From a virus, in the IMG/VR virus record IMGVR_UViG_3300022890_000011, positions 1 through 64,000 of that record: a stretch of 64,000 nucleotides of DNA; one strand, written 5' to 3'. The notes beneath the pieces are model-generated. The model was not told where the DNA came from, searched no databases, and worked only from the letters and a program-made list of their open reading frames with translations. A program made the translations under genes and the position numbers. Shown piece by piece: positions 1 through 10,678 of the stretch. The stretch's first letter is position 1. Every line of letters starts with the position of its first letter.

Positions 1-26
1 TGTGAATGCTGTTTTTTTACCTTGGA

Positions 27-500
27 TCATTCTAATATTTTTTTTAATTTTAATTTTCTTCTTATATTAATTTCTTCTAACATAGTTTCAAAATAAAGAC
101 TTCCAATAATTTTTTTCATTTTTAGAACATTTTTTAAATGTTCTAAATTCATATCTTTAATAAGAATATGTTTAAGTGGTTGTTTTCCATCTTTTCCATA
201 AGTTCCCCAAAATAAAATATCTCTTGCAAGATTATTTTGTTCTAATAAAATTTCATATTCTTCTTTATAATACCAAAATCCTGAATAATTAGAAATAATA
301 TTCAATTTAATTAATATTTGAGAAAATCTTAAATCTTGATTTTCTAACCAAAAATTTAGAATTTTTTCTTTATTATCATTAAAATTTTTTAAAATTTCTA
401 ATTGTTTTTCATCTGATAATATTTTATTAAATTCATTGCTAAGATATTTCTTAAAATCAATTTTTTCCATAAATAATGATATTCTTTCAATTGTTCTCAT
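27..500 (-). CDS. Hypothetical protein with C-terminal RKLKL tag
   Basis: 157-aa ORF ending NIRRKLKLKKILE. Confidence 0.7.
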   Translation of the reverse strand: MRTIERISLFMEKIDFKKYLSNEFNKILSDEKQLEILKNFNDNKEKILNFWLENQDLRFSQILIKLNIISNYSGFWYYKEEYEILLEQNNLARDILFWGTYGKDGKQPLKHILIKDMNLEHLKNVLKMKKIIGSLYFETMLEEINIRRKLKLKKILE

Positions 501-620
501 TTTGTTCTCATTTTTCTTTTTAAAATATTTTTTAATTTTCTTTCTCTTTCAAATTTTATTTTTTCCATAATTGTATTAAAATGTGGAATTTCAAGATTTA
601 TTGTAATATTATATACTGTT

Positions 621-1424
621 TTATTTGTTTAATTCTTTCCATTCTTTTCCATATATTATCACATCAATTTTATTTTCAATTTTTGACAATTGAGGTAAAT
701 CTAAAACTTCAACAATTTTTCTTTCAAATGTGAAATTTTTATCTTTTCTTGCATTATGTAATTCTGGTAAATTTTGAAGTTCTTTTTCACTTAATTTTCC
801 AGTTTTAATTTTTCTCTGAATATATGTTCCTCTTTTAAAAAAAGATGGATAATCATTCCAATTAATTCCTTTTTGAAATAACATTTCTTGTTTTTCAGAT
901 CCACTTTTAGATAAAAGTTCTGTTGGAGAATATACTGATTGTGCAGCTATTGAAATTGAATTTCTTACTGCATCATCTTCTCTATATTTAAATGAATTAA
1001 CTACTTCATCAAGATTAGGGACATTCCAAACTCTTGCATCAAATCGTGGCATTGTATCAACTTTTTCAGGGATATAGGTAGATAACCTGTTATTAAAATA
1101 AACTGAACACATCGCTGATAAATCAGTCATAATTTTAAATATTTTTCCATTAAAATATTGTTGTGAATCTCTATTATCAGTATACCATACAAGAGTTATT
1201 TCATCAGATTGAGTAAATGAACAGTTTGCATTAGTTTCTTTAACTAAATACTTTGCTGTATCTATCATCAACATTGATAAACGTTTATCATACGGTTTTT
1301 CTAAACTTCTTGTAAAAGTAGAAAAATTTTTACCATCTAATCTCGCAACAATTGGTAATAAAGGTATTAACCTCAATTTTGTTGTTTGAGATTCATATAA
1401 TTTCATTCTCTCTGAAAGTTTCAT
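621..1424 (-). CDS. tRNA(His) guanylyltransferase Thg1-like protein
   Basis: RMKLYE, ARLDGKNFSTFT, TQSDEITL, FDARV, RNSI and INWNDYP..FKRGT motifs of the Thg1/TLP family. Confidence 0.92.
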   Translation of the reverse strand: MKLSERMKLYESQTTKLRLIPLLPIVARLDGKNFSTFTRSLEKPYDKRLSMLMIDTAKYLVKETNANCSFTQSDEITLVWYTDNRDSQQYFNGKIFKIMTDLSAMCSVYFNNRLSTYIPEKVDTMPRFDARVWNVPNLDEVVNSFKYREDDAVRNSISIAAQSVYSPTELLSKSGSEKQEMLFQKGINWNDYPSFFKRGTYIQRKIKTGKLSEKELQNLPELHNARKDKNFTFERKIVEVLDLPQLSKIENKIDVIIYGKEWKELNK

Positions 1425-1428
1425 TTTA

Positions 1429-1707
1429 TTATTTATTTTTTAAAAAATTATAATTTTTTAATATTAATGAACTATCAACATTAAAAAACCTTTTATTGAT
1501 TATGTCTATCATTTCTAATTTAATAGTATCAATATGGAATTTCATTGTATTTGTAATTGGAACTGAAACACCATCAACTTTACTATTTGCACAAAGCACT
1601 ATTCTAACATGAATAAAATCTTTATCCAATGAATCCCAAATTTTTGCATCAGGATATTTTTTTTCTAAATATGTTTTTATTTTAGTTGTCATAATTCTTA
1701 TTTTCAA
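1429..1707 (-). CDS. Hypothetical protein
   Basis: 92-aa ORF in the same operon as the Thg1-like and RNase H genes. Confidence 0.55.
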   Translation of the reverse strand: MKIRIMTTKIKTYLEKKYPDAKIWDSLDKDFIHVRIVLCANSKVDGVSVPITNTMKFHIDTIKLEMIDIINKRFFNVDSSLILKNYNFLKNK

Positions 1708-2227
1708 TATTTTTAATTATTCTGTATTTTAATTTTCTTTTTGATTTAAATAAATTAGGATGATATTTTTGTCTTTTTCTTGATGCATTAGATAATCTAT
1801 CTGCAACTTCATTTCCATATACCCCACAATGTCCTTTAATCCATCTTATTTCAACATTATTTTTCTTTATTAATTTATCACATTCATTAATAATTGTTTG
1901 ATGTGTTTTTCTTAATTCTTTAGTATTTGTCTTTTTAATATCATTTAAAATATAAAAGTTTTGAATATTGTCAGTATATATGATAATTTTATCATATTTT
2001 TTCTTAATATTTTTTAATGAAAATAACATTCCAAATGCTTCAGTAATTCCAGATGTGTAATCATCATAATTTGAAATTTTTAAATATTCTGAAATGTGTT
2101 TTACATTTGTTCTCATTTGCAAAAATTTTTCTTTTTCATTTTCTATAAACAATACTCCAATTCCTATATCATCATTTTGATTTCCATCTCCTGAAGCATC
2201 ACAATATATATTTAATATTTTTTTCAT
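1682..2227 (-). CDS. Ribonuclease HI
   Basis: IYCDAS, TEAFG, IIYTDN, IRWIKGHCGVYGNEVADRLS; likely start is ATG 2227 (MKKILN). Confidence 0.88.
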   Translation of the reverse strand: MKKILNIYCDASGDGNQNDDIGIGVLFIENEKEKFLQMRTNVKHISEYLKISNYDDYTSGITEAFGMLFSLKNIKKKYDKIIIYTDNIQNFYILNDIKKTNTKELRKTHQTIINECDKLIKKNNVEIRWIKGHCGVYGNEVADRLSNASRKRQKYHPNLFKSKRKLKYRIIKNIENKNYDN

Positions 2228-2231
2228 ATTG

Positions 2232-2239
2232 CAAAGATA
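2232..2239 (-). promoter_or_regulatory. Bacteroidota-type -7 promoter box (TAnnTTTG)
   Basis: TATCTTTG immediately upstream of the RNase H ATG. Confidence 0.5.
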
Positions 2240-2310
2240 CAAAAAATTTATTTAATTAAAAAATTCATTTGAAATAATTAATATATAAATAAAAATATTA
2301 AATTTAAATT

Positions 2311-2724
2311 ATGAAAAAAGATATAATACTATTTGAAAGTTTTGGTTCTAATCAAAATCCAACACATTCTGAAATAGCAGTAAAGACATTACATATTATA
2401 ATTCAGTTTCAGATGTTTCATTGGCAAACTGAAAAATATTCACAACATAATATATTTGATAAATTTATTAATGATTTTAAAGAACTTGGAGATCAATTAG
2501 TTGAAGTTATATCTGGGATTTATGGTAGAGTTGTTATTCAACAAGAGACAGCAATACCAATTAGAAATATTTCTGAATTAGATTCACTAGGGTTTATTGA
2601 ACAAGCAATTGATATTTATAATGTTTATAAAGAAAATATAGTTAAAGAAGCAGAAATTATAACTATTATAGATGAAATACTTGCATTGTTTCAACAACTA
2701 AAATATTTATTATCTTTTAATTAA
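2311..2724 (+). CDS. Ferritin/Dps-like four-helix protein
   Basis: FHWQT..YSQH..FD..DQLVE..G.YGR and DEIL...QLKYLL; leader variant IILFESF. Confidence 0.7.
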   Translation: MKKDIILFESFGSNQNPTHSEIAVKTLHIIIQFQMFHWQTEKYSQHNIFDKFINDFKELGDQLVEVISGIYGRVVIQQETAIPIRNISELDSLGFIEQAIDIYNVYKENIVKEAEIITIIDEILALFQQLKYLLSFN

Positions 2725-2749
2725 ACCTATATATATTAATATATAATAT

Positions 2750-3460
2750 ATGTATAATTTGATCGGATTAGACATCTCAAAAGTATCAACTGCCATGACA
2801 ATCGAAGTTAATGGAGTTGAATATTTATTTTCTTACAATACTAAAAAAAGTAATTATAAATGGAATAAAATATTACTTGGGGTTAAAAATCTCAAAATAA
2901 GAAATTATCAATATGAGAAAATAGATAATTATTCTAAAAATGAAATATCACAATTAGGTATTTTTATAAATATCGCAAATGATTTAATTGAAGATATTTT
3001 ATCAGTAATAAACATTAATGATGAATCTATCTTTTATTTAGAAGGATTTTCATATGGTTCTGCTGGTGGTCCATTTATTGATTTAATTGGTATTGCATCT
3101 ATAGTTAGGTCTAAAATATATGAAAATATCCCTAATATAAAAGAAATCAAAATAATAGCCCCTAAATCATTAAAATTAATTTCTTGTGAAATGGTTTATG
3201 GTTCTGAAATGGTTGATATTGGAAAAAGAAAACCAAAAGTTGTTAAAATAATAAATACAAATAAAAATAAAGTAAAAGGTGGAGATTTTTCAAAACATGA
3301 TATGTTTGACGCAATTATAGATTATAATAAAGATTATATTTTATTAGATTTATTTAAAGAAAAATATGATGAAATCACATCTGTAAAAGCATATCCCAAA
3401 CCTCTCGAAGATATTAATGATTCATATTTATTAAAAGAGATTATAAAATTTACTTCTTAA
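2750..3460 (+). CDS. RuvC-like Holliday junction resolvase (paralog 1)
   Basis: IGLDIS, YLEGFSYGS, IIAPKSLK, EDINDSY acidic motifs. Confidence 0.75.
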   Translation: MYNLIGLDISKVSTAMTIEVNGVEYLFSYNTKKSNYKWNKILLGVKNLKIRNYQYEKIDNYSKNEISQLGIFINIANDLIEDILSVININDESIFYLEGFSYGSAGGPFIDLIGIASIVRSKIYENIPNIKEIKIIAPKSLKLISCEMVYGSEMVDIGKRKPKVVKIINTNKNKVKGGDFSKHDMFDAIIDYNKDYILLDLFKEKYDEITSVKAYPKPLEDINDSYLLKEIIKFTS

Positions 3461-4670
3461 CTAAAAAGTTTTTAACTAACATTTGCCATGCTGGAATTTT
3501 TTTACCTTTAATAGTCATCTCAAAAGCATTTGATAATTTAATATTTAAACAATGAACAAATGTTCTTAAATTTAATGCAAATCTTAAATCATATTCTTTA
3601 TGCATTCCAATCATAAAATCTAAAATATCATTTTTTTCACCAATTTTTATATTTGGTTTTATTTTTGGCATTATTTTTTTAATTCTATTAATAACTTCAT
3701 CTATTGATGGATTAATATCAACAAATAAAGATCTTGATATTAATGCTTCATCCAATTCTTCTCCCGGTTTATTAGTAATAAATATTATTCTCCCTGTAAA
3801 TTCAAATTGTTTAGGTAATTTTCCTGTTTCATCATAAATTTCTTGAATTTTTTGATCACTCATACCAAAAGAATCAAAATTAATTTTTAATATTCTTGAT
3901 ACTTTTCTTATTGGTTGAGTATCTAATACTGCTTTTAATAAATTAACAGATTCTTCACTTTTATATACAGAATCCATATCATCAAACACAATTAATTTAT
4001 CTCTATTTTTAAATAATATATCATATAATCCTGCTGTTGTTATATCACCAGACACATCAATATAATCAACTCTCATATCTTTTAATGTGTTCATAATATC
4101 TGTAGTTTTTCCCATACCGGCAGATCCACTAACAACTAATGAATTAGATACTTTATAAGCTACTTGAGCTGTATATAATTTAACAGCTTCAAATGAATCC
4201 ATATCTTGTTCAAAAACATTTTTATTTATTTTAAATGTTTTTAATTCTGTTTCTTCATCTGGGCTTTTCTTTATTGTTGGTTCATGTTCATTAAGTTCAT
4301 ATAATTCAAATTCTTCTTCTACAAAATCAACAATATCATCTAATACTCCCATAATTGAATCTGAAATATTCATTTGATATGTTGGTTTATTATAAATTTT
4401 ATTTAATGTTAAAAATTCAAAATTATCCCATAAATCAATTGAAACTAATTTACGTTTATTAAAATTAAGTCTAATAGCTCTTTCATCTGGAATTAAAAAT
4501 AATTTTCCAGTTAATATTTCATCTGAATTATTTTTTTTAACTTGAAATTCTTCTTCATATGGGAAAAATTCATAATTAGTATTTTTTAATAAATAATTAA
4601 TAACTAATTCAATATATTTATTCTGTTTTTGACTTATATTTTCTAATAAAAAATTTGTATATTTTTTCAT
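3450..4670 (-). CDS. AAA+ ATPase with CTS-like leader
   Basis: Walker A GSAGMGKT, Walker B LIVFDDMD, sensor FITN, ISRS; N-terminus MKKYTNFLLE. Confidence 0.8.
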   Translation of the reverse strand: MKKYTNFLLENISQKQNKYIELVINYLLKNTNYEFFPYEEEFQVKKNNSDEILTGKLFLIPDERAIRLNFNKRKLVSIDLWDNFEFLTLNKIYNKPTYQMNISDSIMGVLDDIVDFVEEEFELYELNEHEPTIKKSPDEETELKTFKINKNVFEQDMDSFEAVKLYTAQVAYKVSNSLVVSGSAGMGKTTDIMNTLKDMRVDYIDVSGDITTAGLYDILFKNRDKLIVFDDMDSVYKSEESVNLLKAVLDTQPIRKVSRILKINFDSFGMSDQKIQEIYDETGKLPKQFEFTGRIIFITNKPGEELDEALISRSLFVDINPSIDEVINRIKKIMPKIKPNIKIGEKNDILDFMIGMHKEYDLRFALNLRTFVHCLNIKLSNAFEMTIKGKKIPAWQMLVKNFLVKK

Positions 4671-4707
4671 TTAATTTGTTTATTCTTCTTTTGTTTATAT
4701 ATTAAAT

Positions 4708-5091
4708 TTATTCTCCACTAAATTCTGTATCTAAAATATTAATTATAATATTTACATCTTCATCAATAAAATCTCCATCTTCTTTTTCAACTTCCATTTG
4801 TCGGCAAATAGTATTCAATGTTTTTTGATCAACTTGAATGTTGTGGCCATATGTGTTTGCCATAGTTTTATCAAAAATTTGTTCTATTATTTTAGTTAAT
4901 GATCTACTATTAAATTTTTTATTTACTCCAAAATGACCTGTTAATTTTTCAATAACATCATTAACATATCTCATTTTTTTATTTTTATCATCTTCATTTA
5001 CCCAATTTGCCCAATTTTCAAATACTCTATCAGTTTCAACCCAATATCCTTTATTATTAAGTTTTTCAAACGTTTTTATATATTTCATCAT
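4708..5091 (-). CDS. Leader-tagged hypothetical protein
   Basis: MKYIKTFE N-terminus. Confidence 0.7.
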   Translation of the reverse strand: MMKYIKTFEKLNNKGYWVETDRVFENWANWVNEDDKNKKMRYVNDVIEKLTGHFGVNKKFNSRSLTKIIEQIFDKTMANTYGHNIQVDQKTLNTICRQMEVEKEDGDFIDEDVNIIINILDTEFSGE

Positions 5092-5095
5092 TATT

Positions 5096-5482
5096 TTAAT
5101 TTTTTTTTAAATAGTATTCATTTATTTCAAAAATGAAATCATCTAATATTTTTTTCCATTCTATTATATCAAAACTCCATTTATCCTCAAATCTTAAAAA
5201 TAATTTTTTAGGATAATCTGGATTTTTTGGATCTATAACAATATCAATATGGTCATTTGTTTCACAATCTTCTCTATATATATTATATGTATGAAAATTA
5301 TTAAATTTATCATAATGATATGTAATTTCACCTATTTTAAACATTTGCCAAACTTCTGTAAATTTTGTTTTTGCAGTATAATATTTAAGTTTAATCTTTA
5401 AAGATTCACCTTCATATTTATTATTTATGTTTTGAAGAAATGTTTTTTCATTAAATATTTCATATAATTTTATATATTTCAT
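5096..5482 (-). CDS. Leader-tagged hypothetical protein
   Basis: MKYIKLYEIFNE N-terminus. Confidence 0.7.
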   Translation of the reverse strand: MKYIKLYEIFNEKTFLQNINNKYEGESLKIKLKYYTAKTKFTEVWQMFKIGEITYHYDKFNNFHTYNIYREDCETNDHIDIVIDPKNPDYPKKLFLRFEDKWSFDIIEWKKILDDFIFEINEYYLKKN

Positions 5483-5502
5483 ATTAATATTTTTTTACTT
5501 TT

Positions 5503-5777
5503 TTATGAATTATATTCTAAATCAAACTCTTGATAATCATCTGTTTCTCCGGTGATTGTTATATTTTGTGGTTGTTGTTCATTTTTTAAATAGTCAAATA
5601 ATTGTCTTAATACTATTTCAAAATTATCATCCATAATAAAATCTACTAAATCAGACATATCAAACTCTTGATAATCATCTGTTTTTGTAATATTATTTAA
5701 ATATGTATGAAAATTTTCTATATCTTCATCACTTAAATCCAAATATTGTTCAAGTATTCCATTTTCAATTGCATCTG
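5503..5777 (-). pseudogene. Acidic ORF apparently 5'-truncated by the IS right end
   Basis: The open frame runs into the IS end hairpin; internal TDDYQEFD duplication. Confidence 0.5.
5521..5684. repeat. 26-bp direct repeat (5521-5546 / 5659-5684)
   Basis: atcaaactcttgataatcatctgttt occurs twice. Confidence 0.85.
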
Positions 5778-5782
5778 ATGAA

Positions 5783-6982
5783 CTACACACAAGCTAAAGA
5801 CTTGTGTGTTTCAGGTTTCATAGACTCATCTAACGACAACGCCTCCACCTGTTTTTGTTTAATGTCCGACTCAATCCCTGAACCAGACAATATTTTTAAT
5901 CCTTGTTTTAATATATTTTTAGCCGCATTAAAATCTCTATCATGTGTTGTATTACATGATGGACAAATCCATTCTCTATCTTTTAATGTTAAATCTTGGT
6001 TTATCCAACCACACTTAGAACACATTTTACTTGATGGGAAAAATCTATCAATTTTTACATATTGTTTATCATTCCATTTAGCTTTATATTCTAACATAGA
6101 ATAGAATGTACCTAAACTAACATCTACAAATGCTTGTGCTAACTTATGATTTTTCATCATATTTTTAACTGCTAAATCTTCTACACAGATTACATCGTGG
6201 TTTTTGATGATTTCTGTGGAAATTTTGTGTAAATAATCTTTTCTTACATTAGTTATTTTTTCGTGAATTATAGCAAGATTTTGTCTTTGTTTATTTCTTG
6301 ATGAACTTCCTTTTACCTTTTTAGATAATTGTCGTTGTTCATACTTTAATTTCTTTAAATTATTCTTTAATGTTTTAATATTTTCATAGACTTTACCATC
6401 ACTTAATATAGCTAAGTCTTTAATTCCAGTATCAATTCCTATTTTAGAACATGTTTTTTCAAATTGTTTATGTTGAACTTCACAGGTAATAGAAACATAA
6501 TATTTATCTGTTACTGATTTAGATATTGTGGCAAAGGCTATTTTACCATCAATTTCTTGGTGTAAATTAATTTTAATTCCTTCTTTAAATTTAGGTATAT
6601 TTAATTTATTATCTTTAATTAACACATTTTGTGGAATTTTAAACGATTGTCTATCATATTTTGATTTAAATTTTGGAAATTTAGTTTGTTTTCTAAAAAA
6701 TTTCATATATGATGTATCAAGATTTCTTAAGCCTGATTGAAGTGTTTGGCTATTAATTTCTTTTAACCAAATATAATTCTCATCTTTCTTTAATTGAGTT
6801 AAATCATTAGCATTATCATAATAATTAAGTGATTTCTTATCTTCACCAAGATAACTTTCTTTTCTTTTGTTTAGATAGTAATTAAAAACAAATCTATTTG
6901 CACCAAAATGTTTAGCCAACAAGATTTCTTGTTCTTTACCTGGATATATTCTAAACTTAAATGACTTAAATATTGTTTTCAT
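5783..6982 (-). CDS. tnpB: RNA-guided endonuclease TnpB
   Basis: HTH (FKFRIYP..Q), RuvC GIDTG / VEDL / DRDFNAAKNI, zinc finger CSKC...CPSC. Confidence 0.95.
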   Translation of the reverse strand: MKTIFKSFKFRIYPGKEQEILLAKHFGANRFVFNYYLNKRKESYLGEDKKSLNYYDNANDLTQLKKDENYIWLKEINSQTLQSGLRNLDTSYMKFFRKQTKFPKFKSKYDRQSFKIPQNVLIKDNKLNIPKFKEGIKINLHQEIDGKIAFATISKSVTDKYYVSITCEVQHKQFEKTCSKIGIDTGIKDLAILSDGKVYENIKTLKNNLKKLKYEQRQLSKKVKGSSSRNKQRQNLAIIHEKITNVRKDYLHKISTEIIKNHDVICVEDLAVKNMMKNHKLAQAFVDVSLGTFYSMLEYKAKWNDKQYVKIDRFFPSSKMCSKCGWINQDLTLKDREWICPSCNTTHDRDFNAAKNILKQGLKILSGSGIESDIKQKQVEALSLDESMKPETHKSLACV

Positions 6983-7087
6983 TAAAAGTATATATTAAAC
7001 TTTAAAAGTCATTTTTTACATTTTTTAATTTTTTTGTAAAATACTTTAATATTTATGAAAAGTATTCACAAAAAAAATTAAAAAGTT

Positions 7088-7501
7088 ATGTCTAAAAATT
7101 CTAATTACAATTCAACAAATCGTTCAAAACACTATTTAAAATGTCATTTAATCTTTGTATGTAAATACAGAAAGAAATTACTGGTTGGTCAGTTAAAAGA
7201 TGATATGAAACAATTATTACTAAATATTGCTTCTAAAAGTGATTTTGAAATAGAAGTCTTTGAAAGTGATATAGATCATATACATTTCTTAATTAGATAT
7301 ATACCAAGATTATCTATCACATCAATTGTCAGAAAGTTAAAACAGGAATCCACCTATCATATATGGCGTTCAGTTCATAGAAATTATTTATATAGTCATT
7401 TCTGGAAAGAAAGAACTTTTTGGTCAGATGGATATTTTGTTTGTTCAATTGGAGAAGCAAATCCGAATACTATTAAACAATATATTTTAAGTCAAGGATA
7501 A
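7088..7501 (+). CDS. tnpA: IS200-family Y1 transposase
   Basis: HLIFVCKYR, HUH motif DHIHFL, FWSDGYF, YILSQ. Confidence 0.95.
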   Translation: MSKNSNYNSTNRSKHYLKCHLIFVCKYRKKLLVGQLKDDMKQLLLNIASKSDFEIEVFESDIDHIHFLIRYIPRLSITSIVRKLKQESTYHIWRSVHRNYLYSHFWKERTFWSDGYFVCSIGEANPNTIKQYILSQG

Positions 7502-7561
7502 ATGTTTTTTATTCACTTACATCACACAAGCTAAAGACTTGTGTGTTTTACGTTCAGTGGT

Positions 7562-8430
7562 ATAAAGGGATAAGCACAGATTTATCAACTTGGCAAGCGT
7601 ATTCAATGAAAGAATTCGAACACTTTTTCTTATCGAATAATTGTCCAGGAAGTAAAATAGATAATAATAAAAAAATGTATGCTCTAATTGATGTAGCTAA
7701 TGGAAATATGTCAAAGGTTAAAGAATTAACTAAGTTGTCTAAAAAGAAATATGGTGATAGATTAATACTCATGGTTGGTAATATAGCTAATCCAGAAACT
7801 TATAGAGTACTTTCGGAAGCTGGTGCGGATTATTGCCGTGTGGGCGTGGGAAATGGATCAAGCTGCTTGACAACTCAACAATTAGGAATTGGCTATGCGG
7901 CAGGGTCTTTAGTAAGTGAATGTTATGAAGAATATTGTAAATTAGATAATCCAGCTAAAATTGTAGCCGATGGTGGATTTAAAAAATATGCTGATATAAT
8001 TAAATCATTTTCAGTTGGCTCTACACACATTATGCTCGGTAGTATTTTCAATAAATCCTTAGAAAGTTGTGCTGATACGTTTGAAGAAAACCAATCTCAT
8101 GGTAATTGGAAAACTCCTGGTGAAAAAGTGGATCAATATTCTAAATTTATCAAAAATAAATTTAATAATGGTTCTAAATTTTATAAAAAATTTAGAGGGA
8201 TGTCAACTAAAGAAGTTCAGAAAGAACTCGGTAATGAAAAATTAAAAACAAGTGAGGGAATAGTTAAAATAAACCCAGTTGAATATACTATTGAAAGTTG
8301 GGTAGAAAATTTTGATTCATATTTAAAATCTGCTATGTCATATACCAATAAAAGAAATTTAAATGATTTTGTGGGTGAGGTAGAAATTATTAAAATAACT
8401 GATAATGCTTTCAGGAGATATAACAAATAA
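7562..8430 (+). pseudogene. GMP reductase/IMPDH-family protein, N-terminus missing
   Basis: IDVANG, MVGNIA, RVGVGNGSSCLT, IVADGG, MLGS, FRGMST, SEG, SAMSY; frame begins at the IS left end and lacks the expected N-terminal segment. Confidence 0.75.
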
Positions 8431-8435
8431 ACTAT

Positions 8436-8696
8436 TTGAATATGAGCATGGATGAATATTTTGAATATAGTACTACAGATAAATTACTAACTGATTTAAG
8501 TAATAATCAAATATTAGATTTAATTAAAAATGGCAGTTTAGCTCTAACTCGTAATATGAATTCAAATAATGATAGTAGTTTTTATAATTCTACCATATAT
8601 TATAAAGGTTGGTATTCACCATTAAATACAAATACCGAAAGTAGAATTAAGTCCTTATTTTTAGACTATAAAATAAATGAAATAATAAATGGATGA
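8436..8696 (+). CDS. Hypothetical protein
   Basis: 86 aa; ends DYKINEIING. Confidence 0.55.
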   Translation: MNMSMDEYFEYSTTDKLLTDLSNNQILDLIKNGSLALTRNMNSNNDSSFYNSTIYYKGWYSPLNTNTESRIKSLFLDYKINEIING

Positions 8697-8970
8697 ATAT
8701 ATTGAATATATCGCTGAAAATAATGATAGTGTCATAAAATACGCTAATTATTTAGCTGAAGCTATTGATCCTAAAACTAATATAATACAAAGTTTTAAAT
8801 CTAAATCTGATAAAACCTTATTAAAAGATATTAAAAGGGGAATCATTTTCAAAATTGATGATGAATATATAATTGATCATAAAGGATATAATATATCCCT
8901 CGATGGAGATTTAAATATTCGATTAACTATGATAGAAAGAAATAATAAAATAAATAATATATTAAAATGA
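8689..8970 (+). CDS. Hypothetical protein with RxxKI C-terminal tag
   Basis: Ends ERNNKINNILK; ATGA overlap with thyA. Confidence 0.6.
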   Translation: MDEYIEYIAENNDSVIKYANYLAEAIDPKTNIIQSFKSKSDKTLLKDIKRGIIFKIDDEYIIDHKGYNISLDGDLNIRLTMIERNNKINNILK

Positions 8971-9806
8971 AAGAAATTATTAAAGCAGATAAGTATTATA
9001 TTGATAATTTGAATAAAATTATGAAAATAGGGTGTTTAGATGAAAATCCAAGACCTAAGTATAGAGATGGAACTCCAGCATATACCAAATTCATCACAGG
9101 TGTTTTCGAAGAATATGATATTTCTAAGGGGGAATTTCCTATTCCCACACTCCGAAACACAGCGGTTAAAACAGGAATCAAGGAAATTTTATGGATATAT
9201 CAAAAGCAGTCAAATTCCTTAGAAGATGCTCGTAATATGGGTATAAATTGGTGGAATGATTGGGACATTGGAAATAATTCTATCGGACAAAGATATGGAG
9301 CTACTGTTAAAAAATGGAACTTAATAGATGATTTACTAAAAACCTTAACAGATGATCCATTTTCTCGTAGACATATAATGAATATGTATCAATATTCCGA
9401 CCTCCAAGAAACTAAGGGACTTTTTCCATGTGCTTATGAAACTATTTGGTCTGTGGAAAAGAAAGGTAATGATTATATCTTAGATATGACACTTATCCAG
9501 AGAAGTTGTGATTTTTTAGTAGCTAAATTTATAAACCAAGCACAATATGTAGCCCTTCAAATGATGGTAGCTGGACATTTAGGTTATAAAATTGGTAATT
9601 TTAGACATTTGATACAAAATCTTCATATTTATGATAGACATAACGATGCGGTTGATGAACTACTTAATCGAACTCCAATAAATAAACAACCTACAATAGA
9701 ACTAATAGCCAATAAAAATTTTTATGATTATAAAATAGAAGATTTTAAAATCAAAAATATCGAAGGTATAATAAAAATCAAAAGCGATTTAGATTTGGGT
9801 ATCTAA
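8967..9806 (+). CDS. thyA: Thymidylate synthase
   Basis: EILW, GQRYG, SRRHI, LFPCA, QRSCD, NLHIYDRH. Confidence 0.95.
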   Translation: MKEIIKADKYYIDNLNKIMKIGCLDENPRPKYRDGTPAYTKFITGVFEEYDISKGEFPIPTLRNTAVKTGIKEILWIYQKQSNSLEDARNMGINWWNDWDIGNNSIGQRYGATVKKWNLIDDLLKTLTDDPFSRRHIMNMYQYSDLQETKGLFPCAYETIWSVEKKGNDYILDMTLIQRSCDFLVAKFINQAQYVALQMMVAGHLGYKIGNFRHLIQNLHIYDRHNDAVDELLNRTPINKQPTIELIANKNFYDYKIEDFKIKNIEGIIKIKSDLDLGI

Positions 9807-9887
9807 ATTGGATAATTTTTAAACAAACTATTAAAATAAAAATATATAAAGTATAACTTAAATTGAAAAAATAAATTAAAATAAAAT

Positions 9888-10256
9888 ATGAAAAAATATG
9901 ATGTTAAACTTTTTATAAATGATGAATTATTTATAGAAAATGAATTTAATTTTAAAACTGATATCTTTACAAAAAGAAGAGAAATAGATATAGTAATTGA
10001 TGATTTAAATGAAAAAGTTAATTTTTTCATTCAAAATGATGAATTTACAGAAAAAGATAAAATTAATAAAATTAAAAATCTTTTTATAAAAGCAGTAAAT
10101 TTATTAACAGAATTTAAAAAAGATAATTCTTCGATAACTTATAAAGAAAATATTAGTGAAATTGAAGATATTTTATCAAATTTTGGTTCTCTTGATAAAG
10201 ATGATGGTGGAATATTTTCACAATTAAATTATATGTTAGAAGATTTAGATGAATAA
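9888..10256 (+). CDS. Hypothetical protein
   Basis: 122-aa ORF with typical codon usage. Confidence 0.6.
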   Translation: MKKYDVKLFINDELFIENEFNFKTDIFTKRREIDIVIDDLNEKVNFFIQNDEFTEKDKINKIKNLFIKAVNLLTEFKKDNSSITYKENISEIEDILSNFGSLDKDDGGIFSQLNYMLEDLDE

Positions 10257-10566
10257 GATAACAAATAAAGAACTAAAAATAGGTGACATTTGTTATTTTA
10301 AATCTAAAACAGCAAATGAAACTATTCAAGGTGAAATATTATCGATTGAAGATTGTAAATATCAGAAAACTTTAAATGGTAAAGAATGTTATGAAAAATA
10401 TAAAAATAAAATTTTATCAGAAAAAGATTTTATTTTAAAATATGTATTACATAAAAATGTTATAATAACTATATATGGATGGATTATAAATGATAATTGG
10501 AATATAAAAGAAACATTGGGGGAAATTAAATTTAGTTGTTCAAATTATGATATATTTGTTTTTTAA
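10249..10566 (+). CDS. Hypothetical protein
   Basis: 105-aa ORF; LKIGD SH3/KOW-like start. Confidence 0.55.
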   Translation: MNKITNKELKIGDICYFKSKTANETIQGEILSIEDCKYQKTLNGKECYEKYKNKILSEKDFILKYVLHKNVIITIYGWIINDNWNIKETLGEIKFSCSNYDIFVF

Positions 10567-10587
10567 ATATGACAATGTAACACTTAC

Positions 10588-10640
10588 ACATAACGGTTTT
10601 AATAAAAAATCGTTATAATGTTTTTTATTTATTGTTAGCG
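10588..10640 (+). mobile_element. attC-like site 1
   Basis: ACATAAC ... AATAAAAAA/TTTTTTATT stem ... GTTAGCG. Confidence 0.6.
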
Positions 10641-10678
10641 TTTCGTTTTTGAGCGTTGGTAATGCAAAATATTATATT

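Larger units (their letters stand above)
5778..7561. mobile_element. IS200/IS605-family element (divergent tnpA + tnpB)
   Basis: Identical subterminal hairpins CACACAAGCTAAAGACTTGTGTG at about 5786-5808 and 7523-7545; right end ...TAGTTCAT; TTTAT abuts the left end on the minus strand. Confidence 0.9.

Noticed and set aside
5783-6982. Cas12f-type CRISPR effector
   Set aside because: Paired with tnpA and IS605 end hairpins, with no array: an ordinary TnpB.
5503-7772. 7554-7772 (-) ORF joining in frame with 5503-5777 after IS excision (single interrupted gene or IStron)
   Set aside because: The upstream part is the antisense shadow of the GMP-reductase-like gene, and no intron sequence is present; the frame match is likely chance.
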